DNA of 64,000 nt from Betaproteobacteria bacterium (GTDB lineage: Bacteria > Pseudomonadota > Gammaproteobacteria > Burkholderiales > SG8-39), in the NCBI GenBank assembly GCA_005881575.1, contig VBCA01000015.1:16322-80321 (forward strand). Reading direction: 5' to 3'. Both the position numbers and the translations under genes were made by a program. Under the pieces are notes generated by a model. It was not told the DNA's origin. It saw only the letters and a list, made by a program, of their open reading frames with translations, and searched no databases. Shown one piece after another: positions 19,679 through 29,106 of the stretch (position 1 is the first letter of the stretch; every line of letters begins with the position of its first letter).

Positions 19679-21514
19679 ATGGCCCACGATCACCGCAGCT
19701 TCGCCTTGCCCGTCCCGATGAAGGATTCCGCAGCGCCGAAACGGCGCAGCGAATGGCGTGCGCTCGGGATGCTCATACCCTATCTGTTGGAATACCGCGT
19801 CCGCGTGGGGATCGCGCTCGCGTTCCTGACCACCGCCAAGCTCGCCAACGTCGGCGTGCCGCTCGTCCTCAAGGAAGTGGTCGATTCGCTGGACGCGCAG
19901 ACCGCCGTGCTGGTGCTGCCGCTCGCTCTGCTCGCCGCCTACGGCATCCTGCGCTTCTCGACCACGCTGTTCGCGGAGCTTCGCGACGTCGTATTCGTGC
20001 GCGTGACACAGCGCGCGATCCGCCGCGTCGCTCTCACCGTGTTCCGCCACATGCACAGCCTGTCGCTGCGCTTTCATCTGGAGCGACAGACGGGCGGCGT
20101 TTCGCGCGACATCGAGCGCGGCACGCGCGGGATCTCGACTCTCCTGAGCTACATGCTGTTCTCGATCGTTCCGGTGATCCTCGAGTTCAGCCTGGTGGCG
20201 GTCATCCTTCTCACCAAGTTCGACTGGCGCTTCGCGGCGGTCACCTTTGTCGCGGTTGCCCTCTACATCGCCTTCAGCGTGGCCATCACCGAGTGGCGCA
20301 TGGAAATCCGCCGCCGCGCGAACGAGCTGGATTCGAAGGCCAACACGCGCGCGATCGACAGCCTGCTCAACTACGAAACGGTGAAATACTTCAACAACGA
20401 GGAATACGAGGCGCGCCGGTACGACGAGAACCTGCAGAAGTACGAATCGGCGGCGGTGAAGAACGAAGCCTCGCTCGGGCTCCTCAACATCGGGCAGAGC
20501 TGCATCATCGCCGTCGCGGTGACGCTGCTGATGATCCTCGCGGCCGAGGGCGTAGTGGCGAAGACGCTGACGCTCGGCGACCTGGTGCTCGTGAACGGCC
20601 TTTTGATCCAGCTCTACATCCCGCTCAATTTCCTGGGCATGGTGTACCGCGAGATCAAGCAGGCGCTCGCCGACATGGACCGCATGTTCCGCCTGCTCAC
20701 CCAGGACCGGGAGATACAGGACCGGTCGGATGCGGTGCCGCTGCCCCTTGGTAAAGGCGCGGGAAGCGCGACGGTGCGTTTCGAGCGTGTCGATTTCTCC
20801 TACGAGCCGCGGCGCCAGATCCTGTTTGACGTGTCCTTCGAGATCCCGGCCGGAAGCAAGGTCGCCGTGGTGGGCGCGAGCGGCTCGGGAAAATCCACCC
20901 TGGCGCGGCTGCTGTTCCGCTTCTACGACGTCAACGCGGGCCGCATCACCGTGAACGGCACCGACATCCGCGGCGTAAGCCAGTCGTCCCTGCGCGCGGC
21001 GATCGGCATCGTGCCGCAGGACACGGTGCTCTTCAACGACACGATTCTCTACAACATCCACTACGGGCGGCCGAGCGCATCGCCCGAAGAGGTCATCGAG
21101 GCGGCGAAGGCGGCGCACATCCACGAATTCATCGAGAGCCTACCCGACCGGTATGAATCCCGAGTGGGGGAGCGGGGCCTCAAGCTCTCCGGGGGCGAGA
21201 AGCAGCGGGTCGCGATCGCCCGCGCCATCCTGAAAAACCCGAGCATCCTCATCTTCGACGAGGCCACCTCCGCGCTCGATTCGGAAACCGAGCAAGGTAT
21301 CCAGGCCGAGCTCGACCGCATCGCCCGGGGGCGCACTACCCTAGTGATCGCTCACCGCCTTTCCACACTCATGGACGCGGACCAGATTATCGTTCTGGAT
21401 CAAGGCTGTATCCTGGAGCGGGGCACCCACAGGGAGTTGTTGGCGAAGGACGGGGTTTACGCCCAGATGTGGGCGCTGCAGCTGCAAGAGGAGGCCGAGG
21501 TGGCGGCAGCCTGA
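19679..21514 (+). CDS. ABCB (Atm1-like) ABC transporter, fused permease/ATPase
   Basis: FHLERQTG, DSLLNYETVKYF, GASGSGKST, LSGGEKQR, DEATSALD. Confidence 0.93.
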   Translation: MAHDHRSFALPVPMKDSAAPKRRSEWRALGMLIPYLLEYRVRVGIALAFLTTAKLANVGVPLVLKEVVDSLDAQTAVLVLPLALLAAYGILRFSTTLFAELRDVVFVRVTQRAIRRVALTVFRHMHSLSLRFHLERQTGGVSRDIERGTRGISTLLSYMLFSIVPVILEFSLVAVILLTKFDWRFAAVTFVAVALYIAFSVAITEWRMEIRRRANELDSKANTRAIDSLLNYETVKYFNNEEYEARRYDENLQKYESAAVKNEASLGLLNIGQSCIIAVAVTLLMILAAEGVVAKTLTLGDLVLVNGLLIQLYIPLNFLGMVYREIKQALADMDRMFRLLTQDREIQDRSDAVPLPLGKGAGSATVRFERVDFSYEPRRQILFDVSFEIPAGSKVAVVGASGSGKSTLARLLFRFYDVNAGRITVNGTDIRGVSQSSLRAAIGIVPQDTVLFNDTILYNIHYGRPSASPEEVIEAAKAAHIHEFIESLPDRYESRVGERGLKLSGGEKQRVAIARAILKNPSILIFDEATSALDSETEQGIQAELDRIARGRTTLVIAHRLSTLMDADQIIVLDQGCILERGTHRELLAKDGVYAQMWALQLQEEAEVAAA

Positions 21515-21652
21515 GCCAACGAACGCATCTGTCTTAGGACAGCGTCATGAGCGTGACCTCGTGTGAAGTGTCACGTGTATCCTGTTATTTTCGTTGCAAA
21601 TTAATTTAGCCAAGGCTAAACTGGCCGGCCCGACAACAAACTGGGAGGAAGG

Positions 21653-22549
21653 GTGCGGTTCCTCGCGATTTCGCTCCTTGCACTGGCGGTCGTTTCGACT
21701 GCGGCGTCTGCGCGCGAGCTGCGCCAACCGGCGCTGAAATCCCAGGCGGCGCTGGTCGTCGACCAGCAATCCGGTGAAATCCTCCTCGGCAAGAACATGG
21801 AATCGAAGTTGCCGATCGCGTCGCTCACCAAGCTGATGACCGCGATCGTCACGCTGGACGCAGAGCTCGACGCGGACGAGCCGGTGACGATCACCAAGGC
21901 GGACGTCGACAGGCTGCGCGGCTCGCACTCCCGACTGCAGGTCGGTACTACGCTCACGCGCGACGAGCTGCTGCACCTCGCGCTCATGGCCTCGGAAAAC
22001 CGCGCCGCCTCCGCGATCGCCAGCTCCTACCCGGGCGGAAAGGACTCGTGCGTGCTGGCGATGAACCTGAAGGCGCAACTGCTCGGCATGTCGGGCACGC
22101 GCTTCGAGGACGGCACCGGGCTTTCCGGCCGCAACGTGTCCACCGCGCAGGACCTGGCGAAACTCGTGCAAGCCGCGCACGCCTACCCCAAGATCCGCGA
22201 CTATACGACCTCGACTTCGTACCAGGTCAAGATCGGGCGCCGCGCGATGCGCTTCGGCAACACCAACAATCTCACCCGCAGCTCCCGCTGGGACATCGGT
22301 CTGTCCAAGACCGGGTACATCGCCGAGGCGGGCCGGTGTCTGGTCATGCAGGTGACGCTGGCGGAGCGTTCGATTATCATCGTGCTCCTGGACTCCTGGG
22401 GCAAGTACACTCGTGTCGGCGACGCGACTCGCATACGTCAATGGCTGGAATTCGCCTCCGGCCGGTCCAATGTACGCCAGACATCCGCGGCCTTGCCGCC
22501 CCAGAGCGACTTCCCTTTTATCCACGCACGGAACGCCTGGCCGGGCTAG
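21653..22549 (+). CDS. pbpG: D-alanyl-D-alanine endopeptidase (PBP7)
   Basis: SLTK (SxxK), SEN, KTG motifs, signal peptide. Confidence 0.9.
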   Translation: MRFLAISLLALAVVSTAASARELRQPALKSQAALVVDQQSGEILLGKNMESKLPIASLTKLMTAIVTLDAELDADEPVTITKADVDRLRGSHSRLQVGTTLTRDELLHLALMASENRAASAIASSYPGGKDSCVLAMNLKAQLLGMSGTRFEDGTGLSGRNVSTAQDLAKLVQAAHAYPKIRDYTTSTSYQVKIGRRAMRFGNTNNLTRSSRWDIGLSKTGYIAEAGRCLVMQVTLAERSIIIVLLDSWGKYTRVGDATRIRQWLEFASGRSNVRQTSAALPPQSDFPFIHARNAWPG

Positions 22550-22564
22550 ATTCCGGCCCGCGGC

Positions 22565-23557
22565 ATGAACCCCCAGCCCTCGCTCGAGGCCCGGGCACCT
22601 GGGGTGGTCCGCTTCTACAGCTTTCTTCCACGTGCGCAAGGGCTCTCGGAGGACGTGCTCGCCGGCCTTGCGCTTCCCCAGAAGAGCATTCCGCCGAAGT
22701 ATTTCTACGACGAACAGGGCTGCCGCCTGTTCGAGGCGATCTGCGAGCTGCCCGAGTACTACCTGACGCGCACCGAGATGGCCATCCTGCACGGCAATAT
22801 CGCGGAAATCGCGCAATTCGTCGGGCCCGAGGCCCAGCTGATCGAATTCGGCAGCGGCGTGCAAGCCAAGACGCGCATCCTGATCCAGGCGCTGCAGACG
22901 CAGTTGTACGTTCCGATCGACATCGCGATCGATACGCTGCGTGCTTCGTCAAGCGAGCTTGCCCGTCGCTTTCCCTTCCTCAACATCGTCGGCATCTGCG
23001 CCGATCATACGCGGCCCATCGCCCTGCCCGAGTTCGTAGGGGTGCCGATCCGCAGGAAGACGGTGTTTTTTCCCGGCTCCACTATCGGCAATTTCACTCC
23101 CGCCGAGGCGCTCGTTTTTTTGAGGCAGGCGCGCAAGATGGCGGGGGCGGGCGGAGTCCTCCTGATCGGCGTGGATCTCAAAAAGGACAAAGCCACTCTG
23201 GATGCCGCCTACGCCGACGGCAGGGGCGTCACGGAGCAGTTCAACCTCAACCTGTTGCACCGGATCAATCGCGAGCTCGCGGCGGATTTCCAGGTGAAGC
23301 GCTTCCGCCACAAGGCCTTCTACGACCCTATCCTCGGCCGCGTCGAGATGCACCTGGAGAGCCAGTACTCGCAGTTCGTGCACGTCGCCGGCCGGCGGTT
23401 CGATTTTGCGCCCGGCGAAACCATCCATACCGAAATTTCCTGTAAGTACTCGATCGCCGAATTCCAGGAGCTGGGCAAACGGGCCGGGTTCACTCCCGAA
23501 AAAGTCTGGACCGATTCCGAACAGCTGTTCAGCGTCCACGGAATGGTCGCATCCTAG
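22565..23557 (+). CDS. egtD: L-histidine N-alpha-methyltransferase
   Basis: PKYFYD, LPEYY, EFGSG, GSTIGNF, HTEISCKY. Confidence 0.92.
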   Translation: MNPQPSLEARAPGVVRFYSFLPRAQGLSEDVLAGLALPQKSIPPKYFYDEQGCRLFEAICELPEYYLTRTEMAILHGNIAEIAQFVGPEAQLIEFGSGVQAKTRILIQALQTQLYVPIDIAIDTLRASSSELARRFPFLNIVGICADHTRPIALPEFVGVPIRRKTVFFPGSTIGNFTPAEALVFLRQARKMAGAGGVLLIGVDLKKDKATLDAAYADGRGVTEQFNLNLLHRINRELAADFQVKRFRHKAFYDPILGRVEMHLESQYSQFVHVAGRRFDFAPGETIHTEISCKYSIAEFQELGKRAGFTPEKVWTDSEQLFSVHGMVAS

Positions 23558-23597
23558 GCGTCCGTCGCTTTCCGAGGTCTGCGTCCCGGATGAGGGA

Positions 23598-24653
23598 TCA
23601 GTGCTGCGACCGGTCGACGATGATGCGCTTGTACAGATCCAGCCACTTTTCGTAGTCGTCGATCGCCTCCTGCGCATTCACGATTTTGATGGCCTGGCGG
23701 TCGCTCACCAGGCGCCGCACCGGAGTGTCGTAGTTCTTGTTCGCAGGCACGCGGTGGACTTCCGTGTAGAAGCGCTGGCCGTCGGTCAGCATGTAGTCGT
23801 AGAAAAGCGCTGCAGCGTTGGGATGGGGCGCGCGCCGCGAGACCGCGACTGCTGAGGGCAGCACCACGGCGGGCGGCAGGATGAACCAATCGACCGGAGC
23901 GGACTTGGCCTTCATGCGATCGGCGTCGTGGCTGTAGATCCCCAGCATCAGGGGAATTTCTCCGGCTGCGACCAGGACGGCGCTGTGATTGTGGCCGGTG
24001 CGCACTGCCAGGCCGTTGTCGGCAATGCGCCGGAACAGCTCGAGCCCCGCTTTCTCCCCGAGCGATTCGACCAGAGCCGCGAACCATTCCACGTTCGTGG
24101 ATTCGACGCCGATGCGCTTCTTCCATTTCGGGTCGAGCAGCGCCTGCCAGGACTTCGGCACGTCCGCGGGCCTCACCAACTGGGTGTTGTAGGCGTAGAC
24201 GAGCAGATTGAGCCGGTCGGGTGCCCACTCGCCGTGGGAGGGCATGACCTCGGGGAGCAATTCCTGCTCGATGTAGGGCGAGTTCATTTTCTGCAGCAGC
24301 TTTTCGCGCGCGAGCGCCTCGATCTGCGGGGCGTTGGTCTCGAGCACGTCGAACTCGAAGCGACTCCCGCGCGTTTCGCTGAGCACGCGCTGCAGGATGT
24401 GCGCCTGGCTGCCGCGCCAGAACTTCACGCCAACCCCGTAGCGGCGCTTGAAGTCGGCGACGAGCTTGAGCTGGTCGTCCTGCGTGAGGGAGGAGTACAG
24501 CATCAGCTCGCCCTCTTTCTTCGCGCCCGCGATCAGGCGCGCCGTCCGGTCGGGACCCGAATACGCGGCGACCGCTGCCACGCCGGGCGTGGGCTCCACG
24601 CCGAACGCCGGCAGCGCGAGGAGAACGCTAAAGACGAAGCAGGTGAGCCGCAT
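23598..24653 (-). CDS. ABC transporter periplasmic substrate-binding protein (Fe3+/polyamine-like cluster)
   Basis: Signal peptide, GAKKEGELMLYSS, YNT...PKSWQALLDPKWK, APHPNAA. Confidence 0.85.
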   Translation of the reverse strand: MRLTCFVFSVLLALPAFGVEPTPGVAAVAAYSGPDRTARLIAGAKKEGELMLYSSLTQDDQLKLVADFKRRYGVGVKFWRGSQAHILQRVLSETRGSRFEFDVLETNAPQIEALAREKLLQKMNSPYIEQELLPEVMPSHGEWAPDRLNLLVYAYNTQLVRPADVPKSWQALLDPKWKKRIGVESTNVEWFAALVESLGEKAGLELFRRIADNGLAVRTGHNHSAVLVAAGEIPLMLGIYSHDADRMKAKSAPVDWFILPPAVVLPSAVAVSRRAPHPNAAALFYDYMLTDGQRFYTEVHRVPANKNYDTPVRRLVSDRQAIKIVNAQEAIDDYEKWLDLYKRIIVDRSQH

Positions 24654-25722
24654 TTTCGCCCAGGATCTTGTCCTTCTGCCGGGCGGTGAGGTCCTTGCGC
24701 GCGCGGATGCTTGCGACCGTATGCGGAAACTCCGAGTCGAAGTGCGGATAGTCGCTCGCCATGAGGATGTGGTCTTCGCCGATCTCGGCGATCGGCCGCG
24801 CGAGATCGGCTTCGTCGGCCTCGCAAGTCACGTAACAGTTGCGGCGTATGTACTCCGAAGGTGCCATCTTGAGCATGCCCGAGATCTGCGGGAAGTCCTT
24901 CGCCCATTCCCAGTCGTCGTCCATGCGGTGCATCCAGTACAGGATCCACTCGGCGCTGCACTCGAAGAACACGACCTTGAGCTCGGGAAATTTCTCGAAC
25001 ACGCCTCCCAAAACGAGCGCCACCAGGGCCGCGCTGCAGTTGGTCGGGCGCCCGAGCACGTGCGTCTTGTAGAAATTGTCGAACCTGTCGACCAGCTCGC
25101 CGTTGCTGTTGGGATGGCACAGCAGCGGAACGCCGAGCTCTTCCGCCGCCTGGTAGTAAGGGTAGAAGCTCGGGTCGTCCAGATTGCGCGTTCCGCAATA
25201 AGGCACGAGGTGCGAAGTCCTGAAGCCGAGCTCCTTCACGCAGCGGCGCAACTCGTCCGCCATGGCTTCGGGACAGCCCGCCGGCGCCATCGCCACCGGC
25301 AGAAAAATATTCTCATGGCCCTTCACCAGCTTCGCCACCCAATCGTTGAAGAGGCGCGCGCACTCGCGTCCGAGCCCGCCGATGTTCGAGGTCGCGACGG
25401 TGATCTGCGTCGGGAACAGCAGTTGCTTGTCGATGCCTTCCCTGGCGAGGTCCTCGCGGCGGCGCGCCATGTCGTAGCCGCCCACTTGCCGGGCCGCGAT
25501 ATCGCCCCCGCGCCAGCGGGTCTTCGGGTCGTAGATATAGGGGTGCCGGTGCGCGGCGTGGCCTTGCGGGCTGATGGGGTCGAGCGAATGCAGGAACTTC
25601 GTGTTGTGCGTGCGCCCGTCATTCAGCTTGACCGGCCTGAAACGCTCGTACGGACCGTCGAGCTTGTAGACCTCGTCCATGAAATAACCTTCGCGCAGAT
25701 GGGAATCGAAGTCGATGATCAT
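24628..25722 (-). CDS. amidohydrolase_2 family metal-dependent hydrolase/decarboxylase
   Basis: IIDFDSH, GGVFEKFPELK, ASDYPHFDS. Confidence 0.9.
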   Translation of the reverse strand: MIIDFDSHLREGYFMDEVYKLDGPYERFRPVKLNDGRTHNTKFLHSLDPISPQGHAAHRHPYIYDPKTRWRGGDIAARQVGGYDMARRREDLAREGIDKQLLFPTQITVATSNIGGLGRECARLFNDWVAKLVKGHENIFLPVAMAPAGCPEAMADELRRCVKELGFRTSHLVPYCGTRNLDDPSFYPYYQAAEELGVPLLCHPNSNGELVDRFDNFYKTHVLGRPTNCSAALVALVLGGVFEKFPELKVVFFECSAEWILYWMHRMDDDWEWAKDFPQISGMLKMAPSEYIRRNCYVTCEADEADLARPIAEIGEDHILMASDYPHFDSEFPHTVASIRARKDLTARQKDKILGENAAHLLRL

Positions 25723-25877
25723 GCTGGAGGTCTTGGATTCGGAGTTGGGCGTCGGGTCGTCGCCGGATGTCGAATGAGGCAATTCTAAACCACGACATGG
25801 AGCCCGCGCTTCGAAGGCGCCGGAGTCCCGCGTGCTATGATTTCGGCGCCACCCGTTCAACCCGTTTTCCCGAGTTC

Positions 25878-26609
25878 ATGCGCGTCGGCCTGTTCGCAAC
25901 CTGCCTCGTGGATCTCATGCGGCCTTCGATCGCATTTGCCGCGCTCAAGCTCCTGGAGAACGCCGGATACGAGGTGACGGTGCCGGCGGCGCAGACCTGC
26001 TGCGGGCAGCCCGGCTGGAACTCCGGCGACCGGGAGTCCGCACGGTCGCTCGCCGAGAAGCTGATCGTCGAGTTCGAAGACTGCCGCTACGTGGTCGTGC
26101 CTTCGGGCTCGTGCGCCGGGATGATCCGCGCGCATTTCCCCGAGGTCTTCGCGGACGAGCCCGCAATGCTCGCGAAGGCGCGGGAGCTGGCCGGGCGCAC
26201 GTACGAGCTCACGGAATTCCTGACCAAGATTGCGAAGCGCGGGGTCGTTTCCGCGAGCTTCGACGGCACGGTGACCTATCACGATTCGTGCTCGGGTCTG
26301 AGAGAGATCGGCGTGAAGGCACAGCCGCGGCAGCTCCTCGCGAAAGTGGCGGGGCTCAAGCTCATCGAGATGGAAGAGTGCGAGACCTGCTGCGGCTTCG
26401 GCGGCACTTTTTCCATCAAGTACGGCGACATCTCCTCGGCGATGGCGGAAAAAAAGTGCGCGAACATCGAGGCGAGCGGCGCGCAAGCCGTCGTGCTCGG
26501 CGACCTGGGCTGCATGCTGAACATCGAGGGGCGGCTGCGCCGCCGCGGAGACGCGAAGACGCGGGTGCTGCACGTCGCCGAAGTGCTGGCCGGGCCGACC
26601 GAGGGTTAG
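25878..26609 (+). CDS. lutA: L-lactate dehydrogenase Fe-S subunit LutA/LldE/YkgE
   Basis: TCLVD, QTCCGQP, YHDSC, CCGFGG (two CCG domains). Confidence 0.9.
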   Translation: MRVGLFATCLVDLMRPSIAFAALKLLENAGYEVTVPAAQTCCGQPGWNSGDRESARSLAEKLIVEFEDCRYVVVPSGSCAGMIRAHFPEVFADEPAMLAKARELAGRTYELTEFLTKIAKRGVVSASFDGTVTYHDSCSGLREIGVKAQPRQLLAKVAGLKLIEMEECETCCGFGGTFSIKYGDISSAMAEKKCANIEASGAQAVVLGDLGCMLNIEGRLRRRGDAKTRVLHVAEVLAGPTEG

Positions 26610-26614
26610 CGCCT

Positions 26615-28048
26615 TTGCAGATCCAAGCGATGCACTTCAAGGCGCGCGCGAGCGCAGCGCTCGCCGACGCGACTTTGCAGGCGAACCTGCGCAAGTTCCA
26701 GTCCGCGGGCTTCACGGCGCTCCGCGCCAAGGCGGTGGCCGAGTTCGGCCCGGAGCTCTTCGAAGCGCTGCGCGGGGAGGGCGCGGCGATCCGCGACCGC
26801 TCACTCGAGAGCCTGGACGCGTGGCTGGACCGCTTCGAAGCGGAAGCCGTGCGTCGCGGCGCGACGGTGCTTTTTGCCGAGACCCGCGCCGAAGCGTGCG
26901 AGCTGCTCGTCGAGATCTGCCGCCGGCACGGCGTCAGGAAAGCGATCAAGTCGAAGTCCATGCTTTCGGAGGAAGCGGGAGTGAACGAAGCGCTAGCAGC
27001 GAACGGGATCACACCCATCGAGACCGACCTCGGGGAATACATCCTGCAGCTCGCCGGGGAGCCGCCTTCGCACATCATCGCCCCGGCGCTTCACAAGAGC
27101 AAAGACGAGGTCGCTGATCTGTTCCAGGCCCATCACCATGCGCCGCGCAAGGACGACATCCCGCGCATGACCCGCGAAGCGCGCGAAGTGCTGCGGGGGC
27201 ACTTCCTCTCGGCCGATCTCGGTATCTCGGGCGGCAACTTCCTGATCGCCGAGACCGGTTCGGGCGTGATCGTCACGAACGAAGGCAACGGCCGCATGGT
27301 GACGACACTGCCGCGCGTGCACGTGTGCATCACCGGCATCGAGAAGGTGCTCCCGACGCTGGAGGATTTCTCGACCCTGCTCAGGCTCCTCACGCGCTCG
27401 GCGACCGGCCAGGCGATCTCGAACTACGTGAGCCTGTTCACCGGTCCGCGCGGGCGGCAGGATCGTGACGGTCCCGAGCACATGGTCTTCATCCTGGTCG
27501 ACGCCGGCCGCACCCATCTCGTGGGCGGCGACATGCAGGAGATGCTGCGCTGCATCCGATGCGGGGCGTGCATGAACCACTGTCCCGTATACAGAGCGGT
27601 CGGAGGACACAGCTACGGCTGGGTCTACCCGGGCCCGATGGGCTCGGTGCTCACGCCTAGTTACGTGGGCCTTGCGAACGCGCTCGATCTCCCCCACGCG
27701 GCGACGCTTTGCGGCGCGTGCTCGGTGGCGTGTCCGGTCAAGATCCCGCTGCCCGAGCTGCTGCGCAAGCTTCGCGAAAAACAAGTGAATCGCGGCCTGC
27801 GCCCGTGGCGCGAGATGGCGGCGGTCCGCCTGTGGTCATGGACGGCGAGGCGCCCACGCCTTTACGCGCTCGCGACGGCGATCGCCGTGCGTCTCCTGCG
27901 CCTCCTCGGCGGACGCGACGGGATGATAGCCGCTCTGCCCTTCGGGCGGGAGTGGACCCGCGGCCGGTTTTTCCCGGCGCCGAAGTCCGGCAGGACTTTC
28001 CGTTCTCTCTACGCGTCCCGTCCGACGCCTGCGCTGCGGAAGCCGTAG
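26615..28048 (+). CDS. lutB: L-lactate dehydrogenase Fe-S subunit LutB/LldF/YkgF
   Basis: KSKSM, ETDLGE, NEGNGR, CIRCGACMNHCP, LCGACSVACP; start TTG 26615 or ATG 26630. Confidence 0.92.
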   Translation: MQIQAMHFKARASAALADATLQANLRKFQSAGFTALRAKAVAEFGPELFEALRGEGAAIRDRSLESLDAWLDRFEAEAVRRGATVLFAETRAEACELLVEICRRHGVRKAIKSKSMLSEEAGVNEALAANGITPIETDLGEYILQLAGEPPSHIIAPALHKSKDEVADLFQAHHHAPRKDDIPRMTREAREVLRGHFLSADLGISGGNFLIAETGSGVIVTNEGNGRMVTTLPRVHVCITGIEKVLPTLEDFSTLLRLLTRSATGQAISNYVSLFTGPRGRQDRDGPEHMVFILVDAGRTHLVGGDMQEMLRCIRCGACMNHCPVYRAVGGHSYGWVYPGPMGSVLTPSYVGLANALDLPHAATLCGACSVACPVKIPLPELLRKLREKQVNRGLRPWREMAAVRLWSWTARRPRLYALATAIAVRLLRLLGGRDGMIAALPFGREWTRGRFFPAPKSGRTFRSLYASRPTPALRKP

Positions 28049-29014
28049 CTAGAGCCAGCCCGCCTTGCGGAAGCGGAACCAGAGGTAGACGTTGATTGCG
28101 GCCATCATGCCGAGTGCCAAGGGATAGCCGAACGCCCATTTCAATTCCGGCATCTGCGCGAAGTTCATGCCGTAGACGCTGGCGATGAAGGTCGGCACCG
28201 CGATGAGCGCGCCCCAGGCCGCGAGGCGCTTGGTCACTTCGGTCTCGCCGAAGGTGATCATGGCGACGTTCACCTGGATCGCGGTGGTCACGGTGTCGCG
28301 TTGGCCGTTGATGTTCTGGTTGATCCGAACCAAGTGGTCGTAGACGTCCCGGTAGTAATCCTGCAGCCCCGAGCACACTTGCGGAACGCGGCCGCCGTGC
28401 AGCTTGCCGACCGCCTCGAGCAGCGGCAGCACCGCATGCTGCAGCGAGGTGAGCTTCTGCCTCACGTAGTAGAGCCCCTCGATGTTGGCGCGCAGCGACT
28501 TGCCGGAGAAGATCTGTGTCTCGAACTTCTCGAACTCGTCCTCGATTGCGTCGAGCACCGGAAAATACCTGTCGACGACTGCGTCGATCAGAGCGTAGAA
28601 CACGAAGCCCGCCCCGTGCTTCAAGAGCTCTGGCTCGCGCTCGCAGCGAGCGCGCACGGCGGCGAAGCCCGGCTCGGCCTGATTGCGCACGGACAGTACG
28701 AAATTCCTGCCGACGAAGACGTCGACCTCCCCGACCTTGATCTCGCCGCTCACGAACTCGATGTTGTGCAGCACCGCGAACAGCGAGTCTCCGTACTCCT
28801 CGATCTTGGGGCGCTGATGGCCGTGGCGCGCGTCCTCGACGGCGAGCTCGTGCAGATCGAACTCGTGCTGCATGGCGGCGAGCTCGCCCGGCCCGGGGTC
28901 TTTCATCGCGACCCAGACGAAGCACTCGGGGCGGCTGACGTACTTACTGATGTCCTCGGGCGCGATGTCGCCGAGCTTTTCTCCGTCCTGATATGCGGCG
29001 CAGTTGATGAGCAT
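28049..29014 (-). CDS. corA: magnesium/cobalt transporter CorA
   Basis: HQRPKIE, YGMNF, MPELKW. Confidence 0.93.
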   Translation of the reverse strand: MLINCAAYQDGEKLGDIAPEDISKYVSRPECFVWVAMKDPGPGELAAMQHEFDLHELAVEDARHGHQRPKIEEYGDSLFAVLHNIEFVSGEIKVGEVDVFVGRNFVLSVRNQAEPGFAAVRARCEREPELLKHGAGFVFYALIDAVVDRYFPVLDAIEDEFEKFETQIFSGKSLRANIEGLYYVRQKLTSLQHAVLPLLEAVGKLHGGRVPQVCSGLQDYYRDVYDHLVRINQNINGQRDTVTTAIQVNVAMITFGETEVTKRLAAWGALIAVPTFIASVYGMNFAQMPELKWAFGYPLALGMMAAINVYLWFRFRKAGWL

Positions 29015-29106
29015 CCGAATCTCCGGTCTACGGCCAATGATAGGGCACGAGCGTGCCTCCGCATAGGCTAAAATAACGTCCCTTGCATCCGCCTGACCGT
29101 CCGCCC

